A stretch of 64,000 nt of DNA from a virus. Its lineage: Duplodnaviria > Caudoviricetes. Shown in pieces: positions 1-10,829 of this stretch (position 1 is its first letter; the number at the start of each line of letters is the position of its first letter). The position numbers and the translations under genes are program-made. Under the pieces are notes generated by a model. That model was not told the origin of the DNA. It saw nothing but the letters and a program-made list of their open reading frames with translations, and ran no database searches. The stretch spans positions 128,001-192,000 of the IMG/VR virus record IMGVR_UViG_3300028886_000035. One strand, written 5' to 3'.

Positions 1-1
1 T

Positions 2-1519
2 AGCTTTATGAGCACCTATAGCATTAACCGCTTTTAACTGTTTTATATCTAGTTGCATTTGTGCTATCTCTGCTAATGTTTGTGGATTGAATGTAGAACC
101 ATCTACGGCATCTACAGATGTATCTATCCATACCCTACCACCTGGGATATGCATCATATCCGTAGCATGGATTACAGGCGCACACAGGTCGTTTTTTTGT
201 ATATAAGCATAACTATTATATTCTAATTTACCATTTTTACCTTGATTTATCGTTAAATAACGTTTATCTGTATCGTTTTTATAAATTTTTACAGTATAAG
301 CGTCACCACCTGATTTATCTGAACCAGCATAATTATGGGTATGATTATATAAAGCATTACTTGTAACTAATTTATTACTACCATTAACACCTTGTATATT
401 CGTTTCTACGTCTCTTGAACAAGCCTCTCTTAACGTATATCCTTCATATGTCTTATTTGTTAATGCTTGACTATCAGATGTAGTAATAACAGGCTTATCA
501 TTAGAATATAATTTACCATCTATCATATACGCTTTGCTATTTGAATACGTATATTCTTTTTGGTTTTGATGTTCACCACCAACTAAATATAATTTACCAT
601 TTTTTTGCGTAGCATTCGTTGTACCACTAACTGCTTCATCAGGTAAAGTTAAGGTTCTGTTTTCTATACCTGTAATTAATCCTTTATTATTAATAATAAT
701 CCTAGGAACTAGAAAACTTTCATTCATTTTTAATTTACGAGCTTTATTATCACCATAAGTACCTGCAAACGAACCAATTGTATTTAACGATAAATGCACA
801 GAATAATTATTATCTGTACCATCAAACATATACGAACCAATAACATCACCATAGTAAGAAATTTGTGATTTCTTACTTAATTTCGTAGCTTTTGTTGCAG
901 TACCATCTAAATCACCATGAAATTTCGTTGCAGTAATATCATCACCCTGTACAAATACATTTGATGTATGATACATTTTATTTGGATTACCTGATGTTAC
1001 ACCTGATAGTAAAATCTTATTCGCATTATCGACTAACACTTTAATAGTATTAGCGTCTCCGCCAATGGTATCTGAACCTGCATACTTATGTGTATGATGT
1101 GTCATATCATACATTAACTTATTTACATCTTTACGTAAATCATTAATTAATGATTGATTTTTGCTATCTTGTAAACTAACATGATTTTTTAAAGCATCTA
1201 AATCAGAACGTATATTAGAAGCAATATTTCTTATATCTAAAAATTCTTTTGTATTTTTATCATCTTGTGATTTTACCGCATTTTGAAAATCTGTTAAATC
1301 TTTTCTTAATTTATCACAAGTAGTTTTTAAGAATTTTGTTCGATTTGCTAATTGCTGGTGGGGAATATTATCATATCCGTCAACTCCACCATGTATATAA
1401 TCTTGTTCGTCTATTAGATATATTGTATTTTCCCACGTATCTTTTTCTTGTACAACAGAATTTTCAGTCAATACATCTTTTTGTTGTGGAACACCATCTT
1501 TATATGTAACTTTTGACAA
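2..1519 (-). CDS. Tail fibre protein, 3' end truncated by window edge; paralog of 5958..7703
   Basis: Not in ORF track. Read by hand from TTG at 1519 after AAGGTGGGTG RBS: MSKVTYKDG...WENTIYLIDEQDYIHGGVDGYDNIPHQQLANRTKFLK (P2/Mu-type fibre N-terminus). Shares HTHxYAG, NKTYEGY, SNALY and MxIPGGxxWID blocks with 5958..7703. Confidence 0.75.
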   Translation of the reverse strand, partial: MSKVTYKDGVPQQKDVLTENSVVQEKDTWENTIYLIDEQDYIHGGVDGYDNIPHQQLANRTKFLKTTCDKLRKDLTDFQNAVKSQDDKNTKEFLDIRNIASNIRSDLDALKNHVSLQDSKNQSLINDLRKDVNKLMYDMTHHTHKYAGSDTIGGDANTIKVLVDNANKILLSGVTSGNPNKMYHTSNVFVQGDDITATKFHGDLDGTATKATKLSKKSQISYYGDVIGSYMFDGTDNNYSVHLSLNTIGSFAGTYGDNKARKLKMNESFLVPRIIINNKGLITGIENRTLTLPDEAVSGTTNATQKNGKLYLVGGEHQNQKEYTYSNSKAYMIDGKLYSNDKPVITTSDSQALTNKTYEGYTLREACSRDVETNIQGVNGSNKLVTSNALYNHTHNYAGSDKSGGDAYTVKIYKNDTDKRYLTINQGKNGKLEYNSYAYIQKNDLCAPVIHATDMMHIPGGRVWIDTSVDAVDGSTFNPQTLAEIAQMQLDIKQLKAVNAIGAHKA

Positions 1520-1566
1520 ATCTTTCACCCACCTTTATTTTCTCTATAAATAAAATAAATCAGACA

Positions 1567-2931
1567 TTATGTTATATCGGTTTGATACCTTAATTTTGAT
1601 AAATCGTAATAATTATATGTATGACGAGAATTTGTATAAGACAAATAAGCACTTCTAAAATAATTAATATATTTATTTGTCAAATCAACACAATGTATAT
1701 AGTTTGTTTTTACATCATATAAGAACCATTTATAATTTCTATTTAATTGTTCAAATGAATAACTATATCTAGGTAATGATTCTGTTGTCATCCCAAACAC
1801 AATTGCATTTTTAACTAATGCACTACTATCATAAGATGTGCCATAATATTCATCATTAAATTCTATTTTAAATGTTTCTCCTTTATTAAATTTAATAAGC
1901 ATGGCATTTGCTAACCAATTTTGGTCTCCACCAAATGATGTTGTTTGCAAACCATTATTATAAGTAGTTAATTCTACTCCATATTTGTTTGTTATTCTTA
2001 TATTTAACCCGATTACAAACATTTGTGAAATTCCTGTAATTGGATTTGGTGGTGTAAAATAAATTCCTTTACTGTCAGAAGCCATTTTAACGTGTGCTCT
2101 ACCAAATATACCACATAATATTGCATATAATTCTGCATATGTTGTCATTGGTATTAAAATATCTCCAAATGGGAAATATTTATTATTTATATTATCTTGC
2201 CTAGCTACACAAATCTGTAATTCGTTACCATATTCATCTGTTACTCTCATACCACTATCAAAATCAGAATCTAATCTATCTAATGGTACATATCTTGTTT
2301 TACCATCGGAACAATAACAAGACAAATGAGCATTTTGTAATGGAAAACCTTCTGTATTATCATACATCTTACATTTGACTGTTTTTCCCCATTTCTCCAT
2401 ATAAAAATTAAAATACCATTGTCTTATAGATTTTTTCCCTGCACCAAAATCAGAATCATGATATGTAATATATGGATATTCATTTACATCCAATCCATTT
2501 ATTTCATTATATGTAATATAAGGATACTGATATACTTGTTCTTTATTGTTAAATTGATAAGTAATATATGGATATATTGTTGTATCTTTTTCATTTTGTT
2601 TAACATCAAATTTAATTTGTGTTGCTTTTTGTTTTATATTTACACGTTTCGCTATATCCATTTGCGTATATAAATGAGAATGTGTTTGAGGTATTTTTGG
2701 TATTGTCATAACACCAAATAATTTTGGTTTAAAAAAGGTTTTATTTTCAGATATTACACCAAATGCCTGTGGTTTTACATAGGTATCCTTATTTGTATGT
2801 ACACCAAATAATTGTGGTTTAATATATGACGTTTTCATCGTCATAACACCAAATGATTTTACTTCCTTCACTATACTATCTAGGTAAGATACTACCGCAA
2901 AAATTTGCGGGGTTACATAGATTTTATCCAT
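1567..2931 (-). CDS. Putative tail-associated protein with short internal repeats
   Basis: 454 aa inside the tail-fibre cluster; four [YF]xxP[QK]xF[GA]V repeats and three YPYITY repeats. Confidence 0.55.
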   Translation of the reverse strand: MDKIYVTPQIFAVVSYLDSIVKEVKSFGVMTMKTSYIKPQLFGVHTNKDTYVKPQAFGVISENKTFFKPKLFGVMTIPKIPQTHSHLYTQMDIAKRVNIKQKATQIKFDVKQNEKDTTIYPYITYQFNNKEQVYQYPYITYNEINGLDVNEYPYITYHDSDFGAGKKSIRQWYFNFYMEKWGKTVKCKMYDNTEGFPLQNAHLSCYCSDGKTRYVPLDRLDSDFDSGMRVTDEYGNELQICVARQDNINNKYFPFGDILIPMTTYAELYAILCGIFGRAHVKMASDSKGIYFTPPNPITGISQMFVIGLNIRITNKYGVELTTYNNGLQTTSFGGDQNWLANAMLIKFNKGETFKIEFNDEYYGTSYDSSALVKNAIVFGMTTESLPRYSYSFEQLNRNYKWFLYDVKTNYIHCVDLTNKYINYFRSAYLSYTNSRHTYNYYDLSKLRYQTDIT

Positions 2932-2946
2932 TATCTCACCTACTTT

Positions 2947-3972
2947 TTAATTATTCTTGATTTTATTCGTTATTGTAAAAATAGCTTTTGAAAAGTTATC
3001 TTCATTCCACTCTACATTATTATTAGGATTTTTAACTAAGATTTTAGAATTGTTTCCATAATATTTTTGATTTGCTAAATGTTGTTCATCATATTGTGTA
3101 TCATTAACAGAATATGTAATATCATTATTACCATATGAATAAGCAACTTCGCTACCTAACATAACGGCATCTATAGATGTATTATCATACCAATCTATTT
3201 TCTTTTTTAATTCGGTCATATCTACCTGATATTTGATTACATCATCATTATTCCCTGTAACATATGTTCCATCAGATTTTTTTGCCCAATTTGTACCTGT
3301 CATTACTTTTATTGGAAATTCTACACAATATTTATCATCTAAATTATTTTCACTTATAATAATATTTGAAATATTGCGACCACATGTAGTAGCCCCACAT
3401 ATAGATATGTTATCAATATAAAAGAATTTTTCAGGCTTATATAATAAATAAATTCCTGTTTTAACATCTAAAGTAAAATTTTTATCGTTATTTAATTTTA
3501 CTTCAATATGTGTCGATAAATCTAATTCGCTATAATATATATGTAATTTTACATTTATCAATGTTGCTTTAAAAATATCTACATTATTTAATTCTCCAAT
3601 TATGGAAGCATTATTGTTTTTATCTGTTACTTCTATATACATTGTTTTATCTTTATATTTTAATGATATTAAAGGATAATTTTCGTTTGATGTTGCTAGA
3701 TTTATTAATGGGGATTTTTGTGTCTCTTTTTCATAATAATCATAAGATATATATAGTTCTTTAATTGATTTTAATTTATCTTTCGTATTCGTATTAAATA
3801 ACCATGTATCAATATGAGTATTATCAGGATAATTGCACCAATAACTATTAGTAAAATTGTTTTTACATTTTATTTCATTACCGTTTTCCCTAGTATCTGC
3901 ACATACCATATTAGGTAAAAATTGATAGTACCCCGGGTTTATATATAAAAAATTATTAGACAATATCATCAT
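2947..3972 (-). CDS. Tail-cluster beta-rich protein, NPG paralog 1
   Basis: YINPGY N-terminus and ISNIII motif shared with the next two genes; GGAGG RBS. Confidence 0.55.
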   Translation of the reverse strand: MMILSNNFLYINPGYYQFLPNMVCADTRENGNEIKCKNNFTNSYWCNYPDNTHIDTWLFNTNTKDKLKSIKELYISYDYYEKETQKSPLINLATSNENYPLISLKYKDKTMYIEVTDKNNNASIIGELNNVDIFKATLINVKLHIYYSELDLSTHIEVKLNNDKNFTLDVKTGIYLLYKPEKFFYIDNISICGATTCGRNISNIIISENNLDDKYCVEFPIKVMTGTNWAKKSDGTYVTGNNDDVIKYQVDMTELKKKIDWYDNTSIDAVMLGSEVAYSYGNNDITYSVNDTQYDEQHLANQKYYGNNSKILVKNPNNNVEWNEDNFSKAIFTITNKIKNN

Positions 3973-3978
3973 TCCTCC

Positions 3979-5007
3979 TTATATATTTTCTTTACTCTTT
4001 ATTGTAAAATTTGCTTGCGATAAACTATTTACATTCCACGTAAAATCATTTGAAGGATTTTTATCTAATATTTTAGATTTAAATCCTTTATTTTTATTGC
4101 TATCTACAACTATCGTTTCTATTGGAACATTATCTATACTTAATTCTACGTGTTCTGTACCTTCTGAATATCCTGTCGTTGCACCAAATAATACATCATG
4201 AATATTTACTTGATTACTTATATAATAATCATAATCTAAAAAAATTGCCGTATTCGATGAAAAATTCATTTTTTGATTATTAGAATCTGCATAGTACAAA
4301 TTGTTCTTCTTTGTCCATGTAGTACTATCTATTTTAGTAGGTACTAAAATACTTTTCTTCCCTTTTAATGTTTCATTACCTGCAATAATACTAGATATAT
4401 AACTAGTATCAATATTAGAACCGATATATGTATTTATAATATTATTCGTATTAAACCATTTACTTATATCTACTTTTTTATATACTACATTATTTATCCA
4501 TAATTCTATACTGTTTTCAGTTCTCATATTAATGTGTATATCAAAATTTGTTATTGATTTATACAATCCTATCTGTTCTATTTCAAATAAGTATTGAAAT
4601 GTATCTGATGATGTATCTACTTCATTTTTTCTGTTTTCTATTTGTGATAAAAGATTTGATTGCATAATATTATTGATTCCATCTGTGGCTATAAATAACA
4701 AATTATACTCTTTTTGATTATCTAAAATCATATCTATATATGGATATTTTTCATTATCTAATTTAAATCTTACCAATGGAGTATAATTATTTGTTCTTCC
4801 TTTAGTTTCAGTAATATATAAATCGAAATCGAAGTAATACTCATTTGATTTAAATAAAGTATCAGTCTCATATAAAGCGTAATATTCATTTTTATTAAGT
4901 GATATATATGTTCCTATATGAGTTTTCTTTTTATCTATATTTGTATCACTTTTTTTAGTTGGATTAACTAACAATTCATTGAACCCTGGGTTTGCATAAT
5001 ATATCAT
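3979..5007 (-). CDS. Tail-cluster beta-rich protein, NPG paralog 2
   Basis: YANPGF...ISSII; C-terminal NPxNxxxWN block shared with paralog 1. Confidence 0.55.
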   Translation of the reverse strand: MIYYANPGFNELLVNPTKKSDTNIDKKKTHIGTYISLNKNEYYALYETDTLFKSNEYYFDFDLYITETKGRTNNYTPLVRFKLDNEKYPYIDMILDNQKEYNLLFIATDGINNIMQSNLLSQIENRKNEVDTSSDTFQYLFEIEQIGLYKSITNFDIHINMRTENSIELWINNVVYKKVDISKWFNTNNIINTYIGSNIDTSYISSIIAGNETLKGKKSILVPTKIDSTTWTKKNNLYYADSNNQKMNFSSNTAIFLDYDYYISNQVNIHDVLFGATTGYSEGTEHVELSIDNVPIETIVVDSNKNKGFKSKILDKNPSNDFTWNVNSLSQANFTIKSKENI

Positions 5008-5011
5008 ATTA

Positions 5012-5944
5012 TCACTTCCTGCTTAGTTCAATGTATATTTTTTTATTAGAAAATTCATTTGCGCTAAATGGTTTTTTGGTTTCAGTATTAGTAGATACAT
5101 ACGCATTATTATATCCTGTCTGATTTGACTCAATTTTGAACGAACCTAAATCTTGATTATCTAAATGTTGTACCGCTTCTGTTTTATATGTATCTTCATT
5201 TTCTACTTTAGTAACCAATCCAAAACCTGTTATATCTTTATACATATTATTGTCTAATAACTCATTTATTGTAAATTCTCCTGAAGTATTATTAGCAATA
5301 ATTTTATGTGTATAATCTGTGGTAAGCATATGAATACGTTCATTTCCAATTTTATTTGAATCATTATAAATAATGTTAGATATACAAGTATTTACATCTA
5401 ATACATAATTACAATAAAAATTTATACGATTCACTTTATTTATTGCACCAGTTTTATATAAACTAGTATCTAATAAATTACGTACTAATCTTCCGTTTAC
5501 ATACACTTCAATTGTTGTGGTATTACTCCATATAACATGTAATTCAAATGTATTAATTTCGTTTATTTTTACATATAATGGGTCGGACATTAATGGAATT
5601 TTGCTATTAGTTAAAATATTCACTTCAAATGTATCTTTTAAATATTGTTTAAAACATAATTGCAAATTTTTATTTGGGTCAGAGTCATGATAAAAATCAA
5701 ATACTTTTACCCAATCATTAATAAAATTTGTACTTCCTGGAGCTTTTGTAATAGACATATCAAACAAAATATAAAAATTATCTACTAAATTAACAGTTTT
5801 ATAAAAAACACAATTATCACAATCATTTAATTTTAAATAGTATCCTGTATTTGACCTTTCATGATTTTCATCTATTCCGATTACATTATCATTAAATATT
5901 TGGTATTCAAATATCTGTGGGAAACCAGGGTTTGTATATTTCAT
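5012..5944 (-). CDS. Tail-cluster beta-rich protein, NPG paralog 3 (possible ConA/LamG-like fold)
   Basis: YTNPGF...FELHV...IEVYVNG...ISNII; GGAGG RBS. Confidence 0.55.
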   Translation of the reverse strand: MKYTNPGFPQIFEYQIFNDNVIGIDENHERSNTGYYLKLNDCDNCVFYKTVNLVDNFYILFDMSITKAPGSTNFINDWVKVFDFYHDSDPNKNLQLCFKQYLKDTFEVNILTNSKIPLMSDPLYVKINEINTFELHVIWSNTTTIEVYVNGRLVRNLLDTSLYKTGAINKVNRINFYCNYVLDVNTCISNIIYNDSNKIGNERIHMLTTDYTHKIIANNTSGEFTINELLDNNMYKDITGFGLVTKVENEDTYKTEAVQHLDNQDLGSFKIESNQTGYNNAYVSTNTETKKPFSANEFSNKKIYIELSRK

Positions 5945-5957
5945 TTATATCCCTCCT

Positions 5958-7703
5958 TTATACGTTAATTATTGCTACTGTATTTGGATTAAATATTAAC
6001 ATATTACCTTCTACATAACCAATTTTCTTACACACACGTCCTGTAGTAGTTATTGGTACATAAGAAATCTTACCATTGTCTCCAACATAACAAGTCTGAC
6101 CATTGTGAGAAGTAGTACCTAAATCGAATCTTCCACTATACATAACTGCTATATCTTGTGATAAACCATCTGTAGTAGCCAATACAATATTATCACAGTT
6201 ACTATTGTTTTTGTTATTAGCAGGTTCATATCCTGATGGTTTATATACTAATAAATCCCCTGCATGAATTTTTATATCGGTAGCATTTGTACCTCCATAC
6301 GATGGATTTAATTTAACAATTTGTGTTGTCCTAGCAATGCCAGTAGTATCTTTTGCTATATCTGCATTACCACTCCATGCTTCTTCATCAATAGGTACTT
6401 TATTAGAATCAATCCATATTTTACCACCAGGAATATACATATTTTGTGTAGCATATAAATCTTTAGAATATAATCCTGTACCTTTAACGTATATATTGGT
6501 ATTTTTCTTTAAAGCCCCTTTTTTATCATTATTAACAACCAAGTAATTAATATTATCGTTATCTATATCAATCTTGCTATATAAACTTCTCCCATCAACA
6601 CTATCTGCTAAAGCATAATTATGTTTATGTCTATATAAAGCATTACTTGTTGTTAAACGATTATCATCAGGCGACCCACCAACTGTTTCATCTACTCCAC
6701 GAGCACAGGCATCTCCTAAAACATATCCTTCATATGTTTTATTTTTCAATGCCTGATAATCTGTTAAATTAACAACTTCTTTACCATTTGAGTATAAATG
6801 ATGTTCGTCTATATAAACTAAATTTTGTGTATACGTAGACGCTTTACTTGCTTGTTCACTTGTACCCAATACAAATATTTTTTTATTGGTTGGTAAAGAA
6901 CTAGTAATTCCATTAATACCTAAATTATTTGGTAATGAGATTGTTCTATTATGAATATCAGTAACTAATCCCATACTATTAACTGTAATATCAGGAACGG
7001 TAAACGAACCACTTGTACCCAAAGTCATATCGCCAACTGTACCATATTCACCTTCATTTACAGATTGTGTACGAATATTAGTATTAATAATAATATCATT
7101 TGACCCATCCATTTGGACAGAACCCAATACATCACCTGTTAATGTCAATGTAATAGATTTATTTAATTGTTTTGCTTTATCTGCAATACCTTCCAAATCA
7201 CCTACTATTTTTGGTGCTTTTAAAGTATCATTTTCTATACTAATTTTAGAATTTCTTCTTAATTTATTTGGCATAGCTTCCATAGAGCCAATCAAATTAT
7301 ATTCTGTTAAATTATCTGTAATTACATCTACTGAATTAGCATCTCCACCAGGCTTTTTACCACCTGCATACATATGCGTATGAGTTTTCAATCCATTTTG
7401 TAATACACTTACATCTGTCGTAATAGACTTTAATTGAGCTAAAATAGATTTTTCGTCCATAGCAGAAGAAGTGTTTGATAATGTGGTTAAATCAGTAGAT
7501 AATTTATCTACTTTGTTTTTTAAATCATTATATTCTTTTGTATGGTCTGTTTTATATGTAGCTAAATAATTCTTTAACGCTTCTAAACTTGTTTTTAAAT
7601 ATAATGTTCTGTTTGCCAATTGTTGATTTGGCACATCATTATTTATATCTACAGAAGTTATAGAAGGAGAATAAATATCTGTTTCTGTTAAATTCTTTGG
7701 CAC
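5958..7703 (-). CDS. Tail fibre protein
   Basis: QQLANRTLYLK N-terminus, coiled coil, HTHxYAG/HKHNYA motifs, and LTGDVLGSVQMDGS and ITVNSMGLVT fibre-type repeats. Confidence 0.75.
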   Translation of the reverse strand: MPKNLTETDIYSPSITSVDINNDVPNQQLANRTLYLKTSLEALKNYLATYKTDHTKEYNDLKNKVDKLSTDLTTLSNTSSAMDEKSILAQLKSITTDVSVLQNGLKTHTHMYAGGKKPGGDANSVDVITDNLTEYNLIGSMEAMPNKLRRNSKISIENDTLKAPKIVGDLEGIADKAKQLNKSITLTLTGDVLGSVQMDGSNDIIINTNIRTQSVNEGEYGTVGDMTLGTSGSFTVPDITVNSMGLVTDIHNRTISLPNNLGINGITSSLPTNKKIFVLGTSEQASKASTYTQNLVYIDEHHLYSNGKEVVNLTDYQALKNKTYEGYVLGDACARGVDETVGGSPDDNRLTTSNALYRHKHNYALADSVDGRSLYSKIDIDNDNINYLVVNNDKKGALKKNTNIYVKGTGLYSKDLYATQNMYIPGGKIWIDSNKVPIDEEAWSGNADIAKDTTGIARTTQIVKLNPSYGGTNATDIKIHAGDLLVYKPSGYEPANNKNNSNCDNIVLATTDGLSQDIAVMYSGRFDLGTTSHNGQTCYVGDNGKISYVPITTTGRVCKKIGYVEGNMLIFNPNTVAIINV

Positions 7704-8164
7704 ATTTATTCACTCCCTATTTTTATAATTTCTCTAAAAACAAAATAAAAAAAGCACGTAATTTTACTACGTACTTTCAGTTAAATCAATATTATTATAC
7801 AGGTATATCATTTCATTATATCATTTCATTATATCATTTAATATACCTGTATTTTTAATAATAATATTATTAAATTTTTATATATAGTTTAATCACATCA
7901 ATTTAATTATACCAACATATCTAATTTAATATCTATATGCAAAAATTATACCAATATATCTACTTTAATATCTAATTCATTATACGAAACAATCTTTTTA
8001 TCTTAATATACAAATATATCTTTTCTTCTATTCTTTTTTCTATATATTAAATTACCAATCATGTGAATCAATATATTATGCACTATAATCTGTTTATAAA
8101 ATAAAGAAGTAATATTATTATTGATAAAATGATTATATAAGAATATCAATCTATATAATTTTTA

Positions 8165-10378
8165 TTAAGGCATCCAATCGAAATTTTCATTAGGTTTACC
8201 GATAGTTTCACATTCATCAATATCATCAATACCGTTATGGTTCATATCAATATAATCCTTATTATAAGGATTAATTTGAATATCAACGCCATAGAATTTA
8301 TCAGGAGTATGTTGGAATAAACCATTATGTTTAATTTTTCTATCATAATAATGATAATTAGTATATTTCAATTCATCTTTACGAGTAAAGTTTTTAGTTT
8401 CCTTATCTATAACAGTAAAATTGTGGATGTGAATATTATCAACGAAAGAACAAGTCCACGGAGAATCAGACATTTTCATTTGTTCCCATCTATGGATAGC
8501 ATAATCCAAATTATAGAAATATTCTTTATAGTGTAGCCATTTATCTTCCGTATCAACGATTTTCAATTGACGTTTATCATTAATATAATAATGGTATCTA
8601 TCCAAATCTGTTTTCGTAACGGTTTTATAATCGAATTCGATATAGAAATATTCAGGAACAGTTTCTCTTAGAATAACCAAGGGAGCAACGTCCTTTTTTT
8701 GTTGTTTATCTACCATCCATACTTCTTTTTTCTTAGCATTAGCTTTGACAACATGATTTAAAGAAGGTAATGCATAATCATCGAAATCATGATTTAAATA
8801 CCATTTACCGATATAAGTAAAATCGAATTCATCAGAAAAGTATTCATCTTTGACAAACCACGGTTTAATTTTAACAATAGTTTGATATTCTGTACGAATA
8901 TCAGCATCGGTATCTATATAAACAGGAAACACACCAAACACCCAATACGTATTAGAAGCAAGACCTGTAATATTAATTTCGTAATGATAAGCTGCGTGTA
9001 TAGCAGGAACATCAACGATTTTATAAGTACCGTCATCATCGTCAGTAATATATTGGTCATCTTGTTTAAACATAATACGTATATGGTCGATATGGTTTCT
9101 AATTTTCAAATCATAAGAAATTTTCATAGAGCGGATTCCGTCCTCGAATTTCAGATTATACATTTCATCATAATAAGGTTTATAATGAATCAATTCTGCT
9201 TGTGAATCAGTATTCCAAAAATACAAATCAGGATATATTTGATGGTCGTTATCCCAATCCTTTTTAAATAATTTACTTCTTATATAAGGTTTAATAAAAT
9301 AAGAAGTATTGTTATCAGGAAGGTGGAATTTTTCATGATTTTGAAATTGATAATCAGTAATAAAATAATCTAAAGAAGGAACGTGGTCGGAGTTTAATTT
9401 AAAGAACACGTCACCGAAATCTATATCGTTATTATCCTCATAATAAGCATAGATAAAATCATCTGTAACTAATTTACCTGTAACTAATTTACCTGTACTA
9501 TCTTTAATCAAATGGCGGTGTTGTTTATATTTTAAATTTTTCAATAATTTAGGGATATGGTCAAACCATGTTTTATTATATGTATGAGCAAAGATGGTTT
9601 GGAAATTCATATTATCTACGTCATAATATTCCAAAGCGTAATAATAAGCTCTACCATCAGCTATCATAGTATCATTATAAGATAAAATATCATTATTGTG
9701 AAAAGTATCTACATAACGATACCAAACTTTTTCATCATTTTGTAAGATAAATTTGCCTTTTGATAAATCAGGGACATCATTGCTATCTTTATCTTTAATA
9801 GTATCTATTTGTGTATTATCTGCGCGTTTATATAACTTGACTGTAAAATCAAAAGGATAATCAATAGGATTCCACGATATAGTAGCAGAATGACAGTCTG
9901 CATTAATGGTAGCTTTTAAATCATATTCAAATTGCAGTAATTGATGTGTATTTACAATATCAGGTTTACGAGAACCACAATTTCTACAAAAACGACTAAA
10001 TAAAACGCTTGCTTGACGTAAATTATCTTCATTATATTTAATCTTTTTATTGCCGTATTTATTGATAATGAGTTTATTTATATCTTCATTATAAAATGTC
10101 ATATCATTTAGAAGATTGTTATAAAATTTATGTACTTTACTTTCTGCTTCTAGTGTATGTAATTCACCGTAGCCATTTACGAGCATATCTTCTAAAACAT
10201 TCCATTGTTGTTGCAGGTAATCTTTATCATAATTTGGAGTTTTAAAAATTTCTTCTATATAATTATATTGTTTATCTATAGCGGAGCATAAAGAACAGTT
10301 ATCATTATGTTCCCACATTATTTTAGTTTCATCAACAATATATTTAGGCACAAAAATACCTCCTTCTTTAAAATTCAT
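8165..10378 (-). CDS. Large putative virion protein with fibronectin type III-like domains
   Basis: ATISWNP...YNDTMIADGRAYYYAL and YEINITGLASNTYWVFGVFPVY resemble FN3 strands; C-terminal DMNHNGIDD resembles a Ca-binding loop. Confidence 0.5.
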   Translation of the reverse strand: MNFKEGGIFVPKYIVDETKIMWEHNDNCSLCSAIDKQYNYIEEIFKTPNYDKDYLQQQWNVLEDMLVNGYGELHTLEAESKVHKFYNNLLNDMTFYNEDINKLIINKYGNKKIKYNEDNLRQASVLFSRFCRNCGSRKPDIVNTHQLLQFEYDLKATINADCHSATISWNPIDYPFDFTVKLYKRADNTQIDTIKDKDSNDVPDLSKGKFILQNDEKVWYRYVDTFHNNDILSYNDTMIADGRAYYYALEYYDVDNMNFQTIFAHTYNKTWFDHIPKLLKNLKYKQHRHLIKDSTGKLVTGKLVTDDFIYAYYEDNNDIDFGDVFFKLNSDHVPSLDYFITDYQFQNHEKFHLPDNNTSYFIKPYIRSKLFKKDWDNDHQIYPDLYFWNTDSQAELIHYKPYYDEMYNLKFEDGIRSMKISYDLKIRNHIDHIRIMFKQDDQYITDDDDGTYKIVDVPAIHAAYHYEINITGLASNTYWVFGVFPVYIDTDADIRTEYQTIVKIKPWFVKDEYFSDEFDFTYIGKWYLNHDFDDYALPSLNHVVKANAKKKEVWMVDKQQKKDVAPLVILRETVPEYFYIEFDYKTVTKTDLDRYHYYINDKRQLKIVDTEDKWLHYKEYFYNLDYAIHRWEQMKMSDSPWTCSFVDNIHIHNFTVIDKETKNFTRKDELKYTNYHYYDRKIKHNGLFQHTPDKFYGVDIQINPYNKDYIDMNHNGIDDIDECETIGKPNENFDWMP

Positions 10379-10433
10379 CTAATAATAAAATAATACAAAA
10401 AAAGCGTATGATTTGTTTTTATACGCTTAATTT

Positions 10434-10829
10434 TTAGATACCGAAGAATTTCATATATTCATAGATAAAATCTTCTTTGTAATTATCTAAAATTTCTTCA
10501 AAGATTTTATGATGAATGAATTTATTATTTTTTTCTTTAATAAACTGATTTTTGATAGTTATAAACGGAGTACAATTTAATTCCCTTAATGTAAAACAAT
10601 GACCATTACTGTAATCTTTTTTTATAGAACACCATTGATTATAATGGACAGTATGTACATGTACACTATCGTCTGCAAAAAAAACATAGATGTAATAAGC
10701 AGATTTTTTCATTTCACATACATATCCAAAACAATATTGAATATCAAAATCATTGATATAAAATTTAAATGGAGTAAGTAAAGCACGGTTTTCTTTTTGA
10801 GATAAGAAAAAATTGGTTAATTTTCGCAT
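10434..10829 (-). CDS. Small hypothetical protein, C-terminal G-hydrophobic family
   Basis: 131 aa, ends YEYMKFFGI*. Confidence 0.65.
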   Translation of the reverse strand: MRKLTNFFLSQKENRALLTPFKFYINDFDIQYCFGYVCEMKKSAYYIYVFFADDSVHVHTVHYNQWCSIKKDYSNGHCFTLRELNCTPFITIKNQFIKEKNNKFIHHKIFEEILDNYKEDFIYEYMKFFGI

